A stretch of DNA of 64,000 bases, from assembly GCA_034670305.1 (NCBI GenBank), contig JAXMNT010000001.1:192001-256000 (forward strand), written 5' to 3'. The notes under the pieces are model-generated. The model was not told the DNA's origin. It ran no database searches and saw only the letters and a program-made list of their open reading frames with translations. Made by a program: the position numbers and the translations under genes. Source of the stretch: Deltaproteobacteria bacterium (GTDB lineage Bacteria > Myxococcota_A > Polyangia > Polyangiales > Houyiibacteriaceae). Shown here one piece after another: positions 9,207 through 17,951 of this stretch; the first letter of the stretch is position 1; each line of letters begins with the position of its first letter.

Positions 9207-11042
9207 TCACTCGGTGGGTGAGGGGTTCTCGATCGCGAAGTTGATCACATAGGGTGGGTCGAAGACTTCCGGCACGCCGCCGGCCACGTCCCGAACGCCG
9301 CCGGTCACGAAGAGCGAGCCGGCGATGCGGGTGTTGCTCGATTCGGCGGCCAAGACGAAGCCTTGGTTGAGCAGGAAGTTCGGCGCCCCGTCGATCTCCA
9401 CGAAGAGGTTGGCGCCGGGCCCGAGCGGGTAGACGCCGCGTGGCCAGGAGACCTCTTCGATGGGCGTGTCCATCGCGGCGACGGCGATCTGGAGCGTAAG
9501 CACCGCGGGGTACGAAGCGTCCCCGAACCCCGAAGTCCCGGAGGCGTTCATGACGAAGACCTTGGCGCCTGGGCCGGTCCCGAGGTACGCGCGCACATCG
9601 CTGACGTAGGGCGAGTCCGCGGACCCGTCGCGACGGAACGTGAAACCAACGGCCGTGCCCTCGAGGTTCACGTCGCCCACGCACTCGGCCACGTCTTCGG
9701 TGGAGATGAGACCGAGGTCGCGCGCGAAGTGCAGCTTCGTGTACAGCGCCGCGAACCGAGAGGGCACACCCATCGTGTCCATGTGGGCGCGCATCACCTG
9801 GCAGCCGATGTCCTTGCCGGTCACGCGCTCGTCTGCGTAGACGGGTCCCATGATGCCCCACGCCACCATCTCTGCGATGTCGTCGGTGAGGCGGGTGGCG
9901 CCGTACCGGGACATGGCACCCCCGAGCGCGACCGCCTGATCGGTGCCGGCCGTGAGTGCTTCCTCCTCGCTGCCGGCCAATCGGGTCGCCAGCCGATCCC
10001 AGCGCGAGGGGTGCGGTGCCGCCCAGCCGAGCTCCACGAACTCTTCGTGCAGCCGCTCCCATTCCTGTACGAGTCCCCGCTGCAGCCGCACGTGTCGGAT
10101 GGTGGTGCGCGCCGTGCTTCGCCAGGACTCGGCCCACATGCCTCCGAAGTCTCCTGGGTGCCGTCCCTCGACGCCGAGCAAGAAGGTCGCCGCGTGGGTC
10201 GCTTCATGCAGCAGCGTTTGCTGTGTGCCGAGTTGGCCGGACAGGCCCGGCAGCATGACCCGCGCGTTCAGAACGACGATGTCACCTTCGGACTGAGAGA
10301 CGAAGCCAGCCACCCCGCTGGCGCGTTCCATGAATGCGATTCGGGAAACGGAGTGACAGAGCAGGCGCGGCATCCGGTTCAGGCCGGCCTCCACCGCGGT
10401 GCGCAGAGCCGGGCTCGCGGTGACGAGCACGTCGCCGTCGTGGAGCACCCCGCGGAGCCGGTCGCCGTCCGTCTCGTCCATGATCTGGACGTGTGCGCAC
10501 GCTGCGTTCGAGCGGCTGAGTGCTTCGGTCCGGGGCGCGACGATCGCGGCGGGGGTCGCCATGGTGACGAGCGTTGTCCCGGTGTCGTCCACGAGCGCGA
10601 TCTCGGTCGCGTCGAGGTTGCCGCGCAAGTAGCCAACGGCGCTGACCACGCCTTCGATGAGGGACTCCTCGTGGTAGGGCAGGCCGCTATCGTCGTAGTG
10701 CATCGACCGGGTGTCGGCGAAGTGCAGGAGCTGCCCGTCGACCTCGACGCCAGCGCTGTCGCGCGCAACCAGGAGCACCTCGCCGGTGGCGGGACCGGGC
10801 GGGATGCCGACCTCGGACAGCACGTCTACGCTGTCGACGTCACCGAGGGTGAAGATGCCGTCGGTTTCTCGAAAGACGGTGACCCGCCAGATGGGTTCCT
10901 TCGGTCCCGAGAGATCGAAGTACGGCGACTCACCGCACCCCGGGGTGGCGGCGCAGGCTTCTTCGTAGGTCTCGAACTCAGCGGGTTCGGTATCGCCGCA
11001 GCCGATGGTGAATGCCAAGAGGACGCAGAGTGATCGGAGCAT
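9207..11042 (-). CDS. Lipoprotein with HEXXH motif, putative zinc metallopeptidase
   Basis: Signal peptide ending TIGC; LLHEATH; downstream YGAT..TDDIAE. Confidence 0.65.
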   Translation of the reverse strand: MLRSLCVLLAFTIGCGDTEPAEFETYEEACAATPGCGESPYFDLSGPKEPIWRVTVFRETDGIFTLGDVDSVDVLSEVGIPPGPATGEVLLVARDSAGVEVDGQLLHFADTRSMHYDDSGLPYHEESLIEGVVSAVGYLRGNLDATEIALVDDTGTTLVTMATPAAIVAPRTEALSRSNAACAHVQIMDETDGDRLRGVLHDGDVLVTASPALRTAVEAGLNRMPRLLCHSVSRIAFMERASGVAGFVSQSEGDIVVLNARVMLPGLSGQLGTQQTLLHEATHAATFLLGVEGRHPGDFGGMWAESWRSTARTTIRHVRLQRGLVQEWERLHEEFVELGWAAPHPSRWDRLATRLAGSEEEALTAGTDQAVALGGAMSRYGATRLTDDIAEMVAWGIMGPVYADERVTGKDIGCQVMRAHMDTMGVPSRFAALYTKLHFARDLGLISTEDVAECVGDVNLEGTAVGFTFRRDGSADSPYVSDVRAYLGTGPGAKVFVMNASGTSGFGDASYPAVLTLQIAVAAMDTPIEEVSWPRGVYPLGPGANLFVEIDGAPNFLLNQGFVLAAESSNTRIAGSLFVTGGVRDVAGGVPEVFDPPYVINFAIENPSPTE

Positions 11043-11103
11043 GCGTCGGAGTGTACGGCAGGAAGGGAATGCCCGGACCTGCCGCACGCGCTATCAAGCC
11101 CGC

Positions 11104-12843
11104 ATGGGTGCGCGTTCTCTTATCGTTGGGCTCGACGGGGCCGATGTGTCGGTCCTCGAGGAGCTTGGGCCGCGGCGGCTCCCGAACCTCTACGCGCACA
11201 TGCAAAACGGCGCTTGGGCGCGGCTGGAGAGTGTGCGGCCGCCCGCGACGTTGCCGAACTGGACCACCTTTCTGACCGGCATGGATCCGGGGCGGCACGG
11301 GGTCTTCGACTTCACCACCCGCGATGGGTACGGGGTTCGTTTCACGGCCGGCACGGTGCGGGAGACGCCGACTTGGATCGCGCGGCTCGATGCGCTCGGC
11401 AAACGCTGCGCGTGCGTTGGGTTTCCTGGGACTTGGCCGCCTGAGCCGCTGGAGCATGGGATCTTCATCAGCGGGTGGGATGCGCCCGTCGCGTTTGAAG
11501 CGGACCGTTCGTTTGTGTGGCCGGAGGTCCTGTTCGACCGGATCGTGCAGCGGTTCGGACCGATGGACTTCGACGTGGGCGAGTTCGATGCCGACGCGGA
11601 AGGCTGGCACGATGGGCTGGCGGACTTGCTGGTCTCGAAGATCGAACGCAAGACCGCGCTCGCCCAGTGGCTGATGGACCCGTCGTCGGGCGGCGCTTCC
11701 GAAGACAGTACTGCGCTTCCCACAGACAGCACGGACTGGGACGTGTTCGCGTTCTACTTCGGCGAGAGCGACACCGTCGCGCACCACCTCTGGGCCCACC
11801 ACGATCCGGGCTCGCCGCGCCATCCGAGCGGCGCTTCGGCGCGCAGCCGCGCGGGGCTCGGCAAGGTCTACGAAGCGCTCGACCGCGCGGTCGGCGCGCT
11901 GGTTCAGGCCGCGGGCAAGGATGTGGAACTCACCCTGGTGAGCGATCACGGCTCCGGTGGGTCGAGCGACAAAGTGCTCTACCTCAACCGCGCGCTCGAG
12001 CAGGCGGGGCTGTTGAAGTTTGCGCCCACTTCGATCCTGCCGTGGAGCCGCTTGGCCAAAGACGCCGCGCTCACGCTCTTGCCGCCTCGGCTCAAAGAAC
12101 GGCTCTTCCGCGCGTACGGCGCGCGCCTGCCGAGCTGGCTCGAATCGCGCGCCCGGTTTGGCGCGATCGACTTTGGCGCCACCGTCGCGTTCAGCGATGA
12201 GCTCAACTACTTCCCGGGCGTGTGGCTGCACCTCGCCGGTCGCGACCCGCTCGGTTTCGTGCCCGAAGAAGAACGCGATGCGCTCGCCCGCCGGGTGAGC
12301 GACGCGCTCTACGACTTGCGGGATCCGTGGTCCCGCGAGCCCGTCGTCGAAGCGGTGCACCGGCGCGAAGTGATCTTCGACGGCGACTTCGTGGAGCGCG
12401 CGCCGGATCTCTTGCTCGACTTCCGCCTCGACCACTCGGAGAGCCCGCGCGGCTACAGCTACAACCTGATGCCCACCGCGAGCGCGCCCCGCGGCATTGG
12501 CGCGTGGCGCCGGCTCGCGGAATCCGAGCACCTCGGCCGCAAAGGACGCAGCTTGCCCGGCAGCCACCGCAACCACGGCTTCTTCGCGGCCTCCGGACCG
12601 AGCGTCGACGCGGTCGGGGAAGTGGACGCACACATCGCCGACGCTGCCGCCACGGTGCTCGCGCGGCTCGGCGCGGAGATCGACCCCGTGATGCGCGGCC
12701 GCGTGCTCTTTGAAGTCTTGCGCGACACTGCGGGCACGACCGAAGCGCTGCCCGCTGCCCGGGTGGCCAAGGGCGGCACGGGCGGTGGGGACGGCGAAGC
12801 CCGGGTCGAAGCCCGGCTGCGTGCGCTCGGCTACATCGACTGA
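11104..12843 (+). CDS. Alkaline phosphatase superfamily / type I phosphodiesterase
   Basis: IVGLDGA, PP.T.P.WTTF.TG.DPG.HGVFDF, VSDHG, C-terminal RLRALGYID. Confidence 0.9.
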   Translation: MGARSLIVGLDGADVSVLEELGPRRLPNLYAHMQNGAWARLESVRPPATLPNWTTFLTGMDPGRHGVFDFTTRDGYGVRFTAGTVRETPTWIARLDALGKRCACVGFPGTWPPEPLEHGIFISGWDAPVAFEADRSFVWPEVLFDRIVQRFGPMDFDVGEFDADAEGWHDGLADLLVSKIERKTALAQWLMDPSSGGASEDSTALPTDSTDWDVFAFYFGESDTVAHHLWAHHDPGSPRHPSGASARSRAGLGKVYEALDRAVGALVQAAGKDVELTLVSDHGSGGSSDKVLYLNRALEQAGLLKFAPTSILPWSRLAKDAALTLLPPRLKERLFRAYGARLPSWLESRARFGAIDFGATVAFSDELNYFPGVWLHLAGRDPLGFVPEEERDALARRVSDALYDLRDPWSREPVVEAVHRREVIFDGDFVERAPDLLLDFRLDHSESPRGYSYNLMPTASAPRGIGAWRRLAESEHLGRKGRSLPGSHRNHGFFAASGPSVDAVGEVDAHIADAAATVLARLGAEIDPVMRGRVLFEVLRDTAGTTEALPAARVAKGGTGGGDGEARVEARLRALGYID

Positions 12844-12854
12844 GGTCCTTCCGC

Positions 12855-13922
12855 ATGCGCATGCTGCACATCGCCTGTCTGCCGATGCCGAGCCCGCAGG
12901 GGACGCAGGCGGTGCTGCGCACGATGACCGAAGCGCTCGCGCGGGCGGGGCACGAGACGCATCTGCTGACCTATGGGTACGGCGCGGGGGCGGCGCTCGA
13001 GGGGGTGCTGCACCATCGATGTGGAAGAAGTGGCAGGGGCTCGATGCGCTCCGGTCCCTCGTGGTCGAAGGTGCGGGACGACGTGTTCATGGTCGCGTCC
13101 ACCCGCCGGCTCGTGCGTCGCCTGCAGCCCGAGGTCGTGGTTGCGCACAACGTGGAAGCCGCGCTCGTCGTGAACACGGCGACTTCCCTCCTGGCCGTCC
13201 GTCCCCGCACTCTCTACTTCGCGCACACCCGCTTCGATCTCGAGCTGCCGACCTACGGCCGCGTCGGCCGTGCGGGCGCCGTGTTTGGTCGCGCGCTCGA
13301 CACGCTCGCTTGCCGGCTCGACCAAGTCGTCGCGATCTCGCCGGCGCTGGGAGATCATCTCGGCGCGCCGGTCGTGCTGCCACCGTGGCCAGTTGCGGCG
13401 CCGATCTCGGACGACGAACGTCGCGCGGCGCGCACAGCGCTCGGTCTCGCCGAAGACGAACCGGTGCTGCTCTACGCGGGCAACCTGGACGGCTACCAGG
13501 GCTGGGAGGTTGCGGCCGCCGCGGCACAGGCGGTGGGTGCGACGTGGCTCGTCGCAACTGAGTCGGACCCGGCGCCGCTGCGGCGCTTCCCGCATCTGCG
13601 GATGCGCTTGGCCACCGAAGCGAATCGAAGACGCGCGCACGCGGCCTGCGATCTCGCGCTCGTGCCGCGGCGCACCCCGGGCGGACTGCCGATCAAGCTG
13701 CTCGATGCACTTGCGCGGGACGTGCCGGTGGTGGCGAACCGGCGCGCGCTCGCGGGGCTGAGTGCGGCCGGCGTGGAGGTGTGCGTGGACGATGACGTGG
13801 ACGCGTTCGCGGCGGCGATTCGGCGCGCGTTGAGGGAGCCGCCGAGGGGGGGGTGGGCGTGGGTGGCGGAGACGTTCGGGGAGGACGGGTTCGTGCGGGG
13901 GTTGTGGGAGAGCGTGTCGTAG
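12855..13922 (+). CDS. Glycosyltransferase family 4 (GT-B)
   Basis: LARAGHETHLLTY, YAGNLDGYQG, GLPIKLLDALA..VPVV. Confidence 0.85.
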   Translation: MRMLHIACLPMPSPQGTQAVLRTMTEALARAGHETHLLTYGYGAGAALEGVLHHRCGRSGRGSMRSGPSWSKVRDDVFMVASTRRLVRRLQPEVVVAHNVEAALVVNTATSLLAVRPRTLYFAHTRFDLELPTYGRVGRAGAVFGRALDTLACRLDQVVAISPALGDHLGAPVVLPPWPVAAPISDDERRAARTALGLAEDEPVLLYAGNLDGYQGWEVAAAAAQAVGATWLVATESDPAPLRRFPHLRMRLATEANRRRAHAACDLALVPRRTPGGLPIKLLDALARDVPVVANRRALAGLSAAGVEVCVDDDVDAFAAAIRRALREPPRGGWAWVAETFGEDGFVRGLWESVS

Positions 13923-13934
13923 CGGCCCGCGTGT

Positions 13935-14420
13935 GGGCTGTGTTGCTGTTCGCTGTTCGCTGTTGCGGTTGCTGACTCTGACGCTGACGCTGACGCTGAC
14001 GCTGTTGCTGATTCTGATTCTGATTCTGATTCTGACTCTGATTCTGACTCTGATTCTGATTCTGACGTCGCAGCCGAAGCCGAACCCGAAGCCGAAGCCA
14101 CATCCGAATCCGAATCCAAAGCCGACGCCGAAGCCGACGCCGAAGCCGAAGCCGAAGCAGACGCCGAAGCAGACGCCGAAGCCGATTCCGCCACCACGAC
14201 CCCCACCGCTACCGCGACCCCCACCGCTACCGCGACCCCCACCGCTACCGCGACCCCCACCGCTACCGCTACGCGACCCCCACCGCTACCGCGACCCCTA
14301 CCGCTACCGCTACCGCTACCGCGACCGCCTCCGCCTCCGCTTCCGCTTCCGCTTCCGCGACCGCTTCCGCTTCCGCGACCGCTTCCGCGACCGCTCCGCT
14401 TCCGCGACCAGGACCGCACC
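13935..14420. repeat. Compound microsatellite: (GCTGTTC), (TGACGC)n, (TGATTC)n, (GCCGAA)n, 18-mer CCACCGCTACCGCGACCC, (CCGCTT)n
   Basis: Visible directly; ends at leader copy 3. Confidence 0.95.
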
Positions 14421-14423
14421 GCT

Positions 14424-14657
14424 TGTAGCCTCTCCTTCGGAGTCGGCCTCATCCTCTCCTTCGGAATCGGATTCGGGTCCGATGGGGCTGGGGTTGTGCC
14501 CGGCGGGAGGTCAAGCGTGTCGTCTGGCGTGCCAGGCCTCAAGGGGGCCTACGGCCCGGCGGGATGCCCGCCGCTTCCTTGACCCCTGACCCGCCAGACG
14601 ACGGCGGCCTGCGGCCGCCGGGCATGTCGCTCGGTCGTCGTCACACAGGGGTCTCCG
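14424..14657 (+). other. Conserved structured non-coding leader, copy 3 (divergent)
   Basis: Shares TGTAGCCTCTCCTTCGGAGTCGGC, TCAAGG/CCTTGA and ATGTCGCTC; same stem topology with different stem sequences. Confidence 0.8.
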
Positions 14658-14972
14658 ATGATCGTTCTTCAAACTTCCTTCGAACTCGTGCGTTCGCTGC
14701 GCGCTCAGGTACTGCCGCTCGTACGCAAACACGACGCTTCGCTAGCGTCACAGATGCAGCGCGCGGCGCAGTCCGTGGTTCTGAACATCGCAGAGGCTCG
14801 GCAGGCGCGAGGACTTCGTTGTCATGACAAGTTCTCGATTGCCTACGGAGAGTGCAGCGAGCTGAAGGCTGCGATTCAGCTCGCTGAGGTCTTTGGGTAC
14901 ATCGACCTGGACGCGACGCTCCTCGATCGGTGCGACTACGTCTGCGCGATGCTGTACAAGCTCAGCCGTTGA
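14658..14972 (+). CDS. Four-helix-bundle protein, paralog 2
   Basis: 104 aa; QMQRAAQSVVLNIAEA and FSIAYGECSELKAA. Confidence 0.85.
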   Translation: MIVLQTSFELVRSLRAQVLPLVRKHDASLASQMQRAAQSVVLNIAEARQARGLRCHDKFSIAYGECSELKAAIQLAEVFGYIDLDATLLDRCDYVCAMLYKLSR

Positions 14973-15053
14973 GGTTCGGCCGGCGTCCAAGGGGCGCCGG
15001 CCCCTGAGCCAAGGGCGGAGCGTCCGCCGGACGCTCCGCTTCGCGCCCGCCCA

Positions 15054-17951
15054 CTACTTCTTCTTCTTGCGGGCGAGGAGTTGTTCGGCCAGCGAGCTTG
15101 CGGGCGGGGCGGCGGGTTCCGGCTTCTCATCGGCCTCGGCCGCTGGCGGTGCCGCTGCCGCTTGTTTGTCGGTGGAGCCGAGTGGCTTGTTGCTGGGAGA
15201 CAGCACCGCGGTGTCTCCGTCCGCGGCGCCGGCGAGGGCTTCTTTGATCTCGTCCGCGGTCTCTTCGTTGCGGGCGCGCTTCTTGGCTGCGATCGCCATG
15301 GCGGCGCTCGATTGCAGCGCTTCCGCGCGCCGGGTCTTCTTGCGGCGGAAACGTTTCGGGATGAGGCGCGCGAACATGCCGGCGGGCAACACCAACCGGC
15401 GCATCGCGACGCCGAGCAGGAAGAAGCACAGCGCGCTCATCAGGAGCGGGGGCCAGAGCGGGTCGTAGGCGTAGGTGGGGGGCGGGCGGTCGCTGAAGAC
15501 TTCGCTCAGGTCCGTGCGGACTTCGCCACCGGTGAGCGCGGCGACTTGGCCGAGCAGCGCGTGGTTGGTTCCGTCGCCGCGCAGCTCGTCGCCGCTCGGG
15601 CGCACCATGCCGGCGCTGCCGACCATGCCGCGGTCGTCTTCGGTGACGGTGACGAGGTAGGGACCCGGCGCGTTCGCGTCGAACGTGCCTTCGTAACGGC
15701 CGGCTCCGGTCTGCTGCAGGTCGACGTCCACTCGGCGACCGCCCGGCGCGGCGACGGTGCCACCGAGGTCGAGGTAGTTGCGGTACTGGCCGGCGTCGCT
15801 GACCGCTTCGACCCGCACCCGGCCGATGCCGTTCTCGATGCGCAGACTGACCTGGGCGTCGCGCCGTTCGGGGGCGCGGGCGAGGTCGCGGGCGAGCTGG
15901 GAGAAGAGCTGGGAGTACCCGGCCCATCCGAGCCACGGTTGCCCGAACTCGGCGCCGACGTCGGTGGTGAAGACGCCGGAACGGCCGACGCCGTGCTGCC
16001 ACACCGCGAGCAACGCGTCTTCGTCGTCCTTGGCCCGCAGCAGCACCGTCGCGCGGTTGCGCGCGTTCACCACCGAGTAGCCGCCGAGCGCGGGTGCGCT
16101 TCCGAAGTCGATGCCGCGGGTCGCGGCGCCCGGCATGATCGGCTCGGCGCGGAACGGCTCTTCCACGATCGCGGCGCGCGAGGCTTCGATGGTCTCCTGG
16201 GTGAAGATGCGCGGCAGCTGCGTCATGTCGTCGACGATGTAGAAGCGGCCGCCGCCGAGTCGGCTCAGGTGCTCGAGTTCCGGTGTGTCCGGGCCGCGGC
16301 CCATGGAGACGATCGAGGTGGTGATGCGGTCCTGCATCGCGCGCCGGACCATCTGGCGGGTGCCGGTCATGTTCTCGGAGTCGTTGCCGTCGCTGAAGAG
16401 CAGGAAGTGTTTGAGCTGCGTCTGCTCCGCGCGGAGCGCGTCGTACGAAGCCTCCATCGTGATGTCGACGAAGATGCCGCCGCCGCCCGGTTGCGCGCGC
16501 CGGACCGTGCCGGCGATCGACGCGGGCGAGTCCACGCTCGTCATCGGCTGCGTCCACTCCACCATCGTGTCCACGTGCATGACGCCGACTCGGTCCATGG
16601 GGCTGAGCAACATCGCCGAGCGCGCAGCGGCTTCGTTCGCCATCTCGAGTTTGGTCACGCCGGGCGAGGCCTCGGCCATCATCGAGCCGCTCTTGTCGAT
16701 GGCGATGATCATCGCGAGGGAGAGCCGGTCGCGGCGCTGCCGCAGATCGAAACGCGCCGGCAGCACTTCTTCGACCGGGGTGTAGGCGTAGCCACCGAGC
16801 CCGAACGAGTCGCGGGCGCCGACCATCAAGAGGCCGCCGCCGAGGTCGCGCACGTACGAAGCGAGCGCGTCCATCTGGTCGCTCGTGAAGGCGCGCGCGT
16901 TCACGTCGCTCAAGACGACCAGATCGTAGGTGGCGAGTTCGCCGAGATCGATCGGGAAGCGGGCCGCGCGCCGGAGTTCGGCTTCGAGTCCCGAGCCCTG
17001 GATGGCGGCGGTGAGCGCCTGTGCTTCGGAGACTTCGCCTGCGGCGACGAGCACCCGGCTGCCCCCGAGCACCCGCATGAACGCGCCGCCTTCGTTGTTG
17101 CGGCGGCCGAGATCGTGGCCAGCGGTGAGCGGCTCGACCAGCACGTCGTAGCGATGCACGCCCGAGTCCGGCGCTTCGTCGCGCATCACCAAGACGTCGC
17201 TGCCCGCGTCGAGCACGGTCTCGGTCTCCGCGAGGGTGGTGCCGTCGCGCATCACCCGGACCCGCGCGGGGGTGCGGTGGGTGGCGCGGGTGACGATGCG
17301 GATCTCGATCGGTTCGCCGGGCCGCGCGGTCGGCGGCACGCGGACCCGTTCCACCGCGACCTCTGGCTCCGGCGCGCGTTCGATCGGCAGCACGTCGACG
17401 ACCACGCCACGGCCCGCTGCCAGCGACGCGGCCGCCAGCGCGTCGCCGCGGGTCTCCACTCCGTCGCTGACGACGACCACGCGGCCGGTGTGTTCCGCGG
17501 GGATGTCGGCGAGCGCGCGCCGGATCCCGGCGGCCAGATCGGTGGCGTCGCGAGGCACGCTGGCGCGCAGTGCGCCGACCGGCGGTCGCGGGGAGGGCAA
17601 GAGCTCCGTGGTCGCGCTGGCGCCGAAGACCACCACGCCGGCTTGGTCGCCGGTCCGCATCGTCTCGATCGACCGACGGATGCTGCGCATCGCATCGTCG
17701 GCGGTCTGGCTCGCGTGGTCGATCGAGCGGCTGCGGTCGACGGCGAAGACCACCGCGAGCCGGTCGATGCGGCGGCCGAACTCGAGCCCTGCGATGGCGA
17801 GCGTCGCGGCGATGCCCGCGAGCGCCATCACCACTTGGATCTTTCGTCGGCGCGATCCGAAGTCGTTCGGGAGCCGGGTGAGCCGCCATACGAGCAGCAG
17901 CAGCAGCGGGGCCGCCAGCGCGAGCAGCCACGGTTGGGAGAGACGCATCAT
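15054..17951 (-). CDS. Membrane protein with two VWA domains and a GATase-like middle domain
   Basis: MIDAS-like DRSRS and DKSGSM; VSDGVET; YVRDLGGGLLMVG..SFGLGGY; N- and C-terminal TM segments. Confidence 0.85.
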   Translation of the reverse strand: MMRLSQPWLLALAAPLLLLLVWRLTRLPNDFGSRRRKIQVVMALAGIAATLAIAGLEFGRRIDRLAVVFAVDRSRSIDHASQTADDAMRSIRRSIETMRTGDQAGVVVFGASATTELLPSPRPPVGALRASVPRDATDLAAGIRRALADIPAEHTGRVVVVSDGVETRGDALAAASLAAGRGVVVDVLPIERAPEPEVAVERVRVPPTARPGEPIEIRIVTRATHRTPARVRVMRDGTTLAETETVLDAGSDVLVMRDEAPDSGVHRYDVLVEPLTAGHDLGRRNNEGGAFMRVLGGSRVLVAAGEVSEAQALTAAIQGSGLEAELRRAARFPIDLGELATYDLVVLSDVNARAFTSDQMDALASYVRDLGGGLLMVGARDSFGLGGYAYTPVEEVLPARFDLRQRRDRLSLAMIIAIDKSGSMMAEASPGVTKLEMANEAAARSAMLLSPMDRVGVMHVDTMVEWTQPMTSVDSPASIAGTVRRAQPGGGGIFVDITMEASYDALRAEQTQLKHFLLFSDGNDSENMTGTRQMVRRAMQDRITTSIVSMGRGPDTPELEHLSRLGGGRFYIVDDMTQLPRIFTQETIEASRAAIVEEPFRAEPIMPGAATRGIDFGSAPALGGYSVVNARNRATVLLRAKDDEDALLAVWQHGVGRSGVFTTDVGAEFGQPWLGWAGYSQLFSQLARDLARAPERRDAQVSLRIENGIGRVRVEAVSDAGQYRNYLDLGGTVAAPGGRRVDVDLQQTGAGRYEGTFDANAPGPYLVTVTEDDRGMVGSAGMVRPSGDELRGDGTNHALLGQVAALTGGEVRTDLSEVFSDRPPPTYAYDPLWPPLLMSALCFFLLGVAMRRLVLPAGMFARLIPKRFRRKKTRRAEALQSSAAMAIAAKKRARNEETADEIKEALAGAADGDTAVLSPSNKPLGSTDKQAAAAPPAAEADEKPEPAAPPASSLAEQLLARKKKK

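Noticed and set aside
13493-14589. ORFs made of SA/ES/PLP/RFR dipeptide runs
   Set aside because: Translations of microsatellite DNA with no independent sign of coding.
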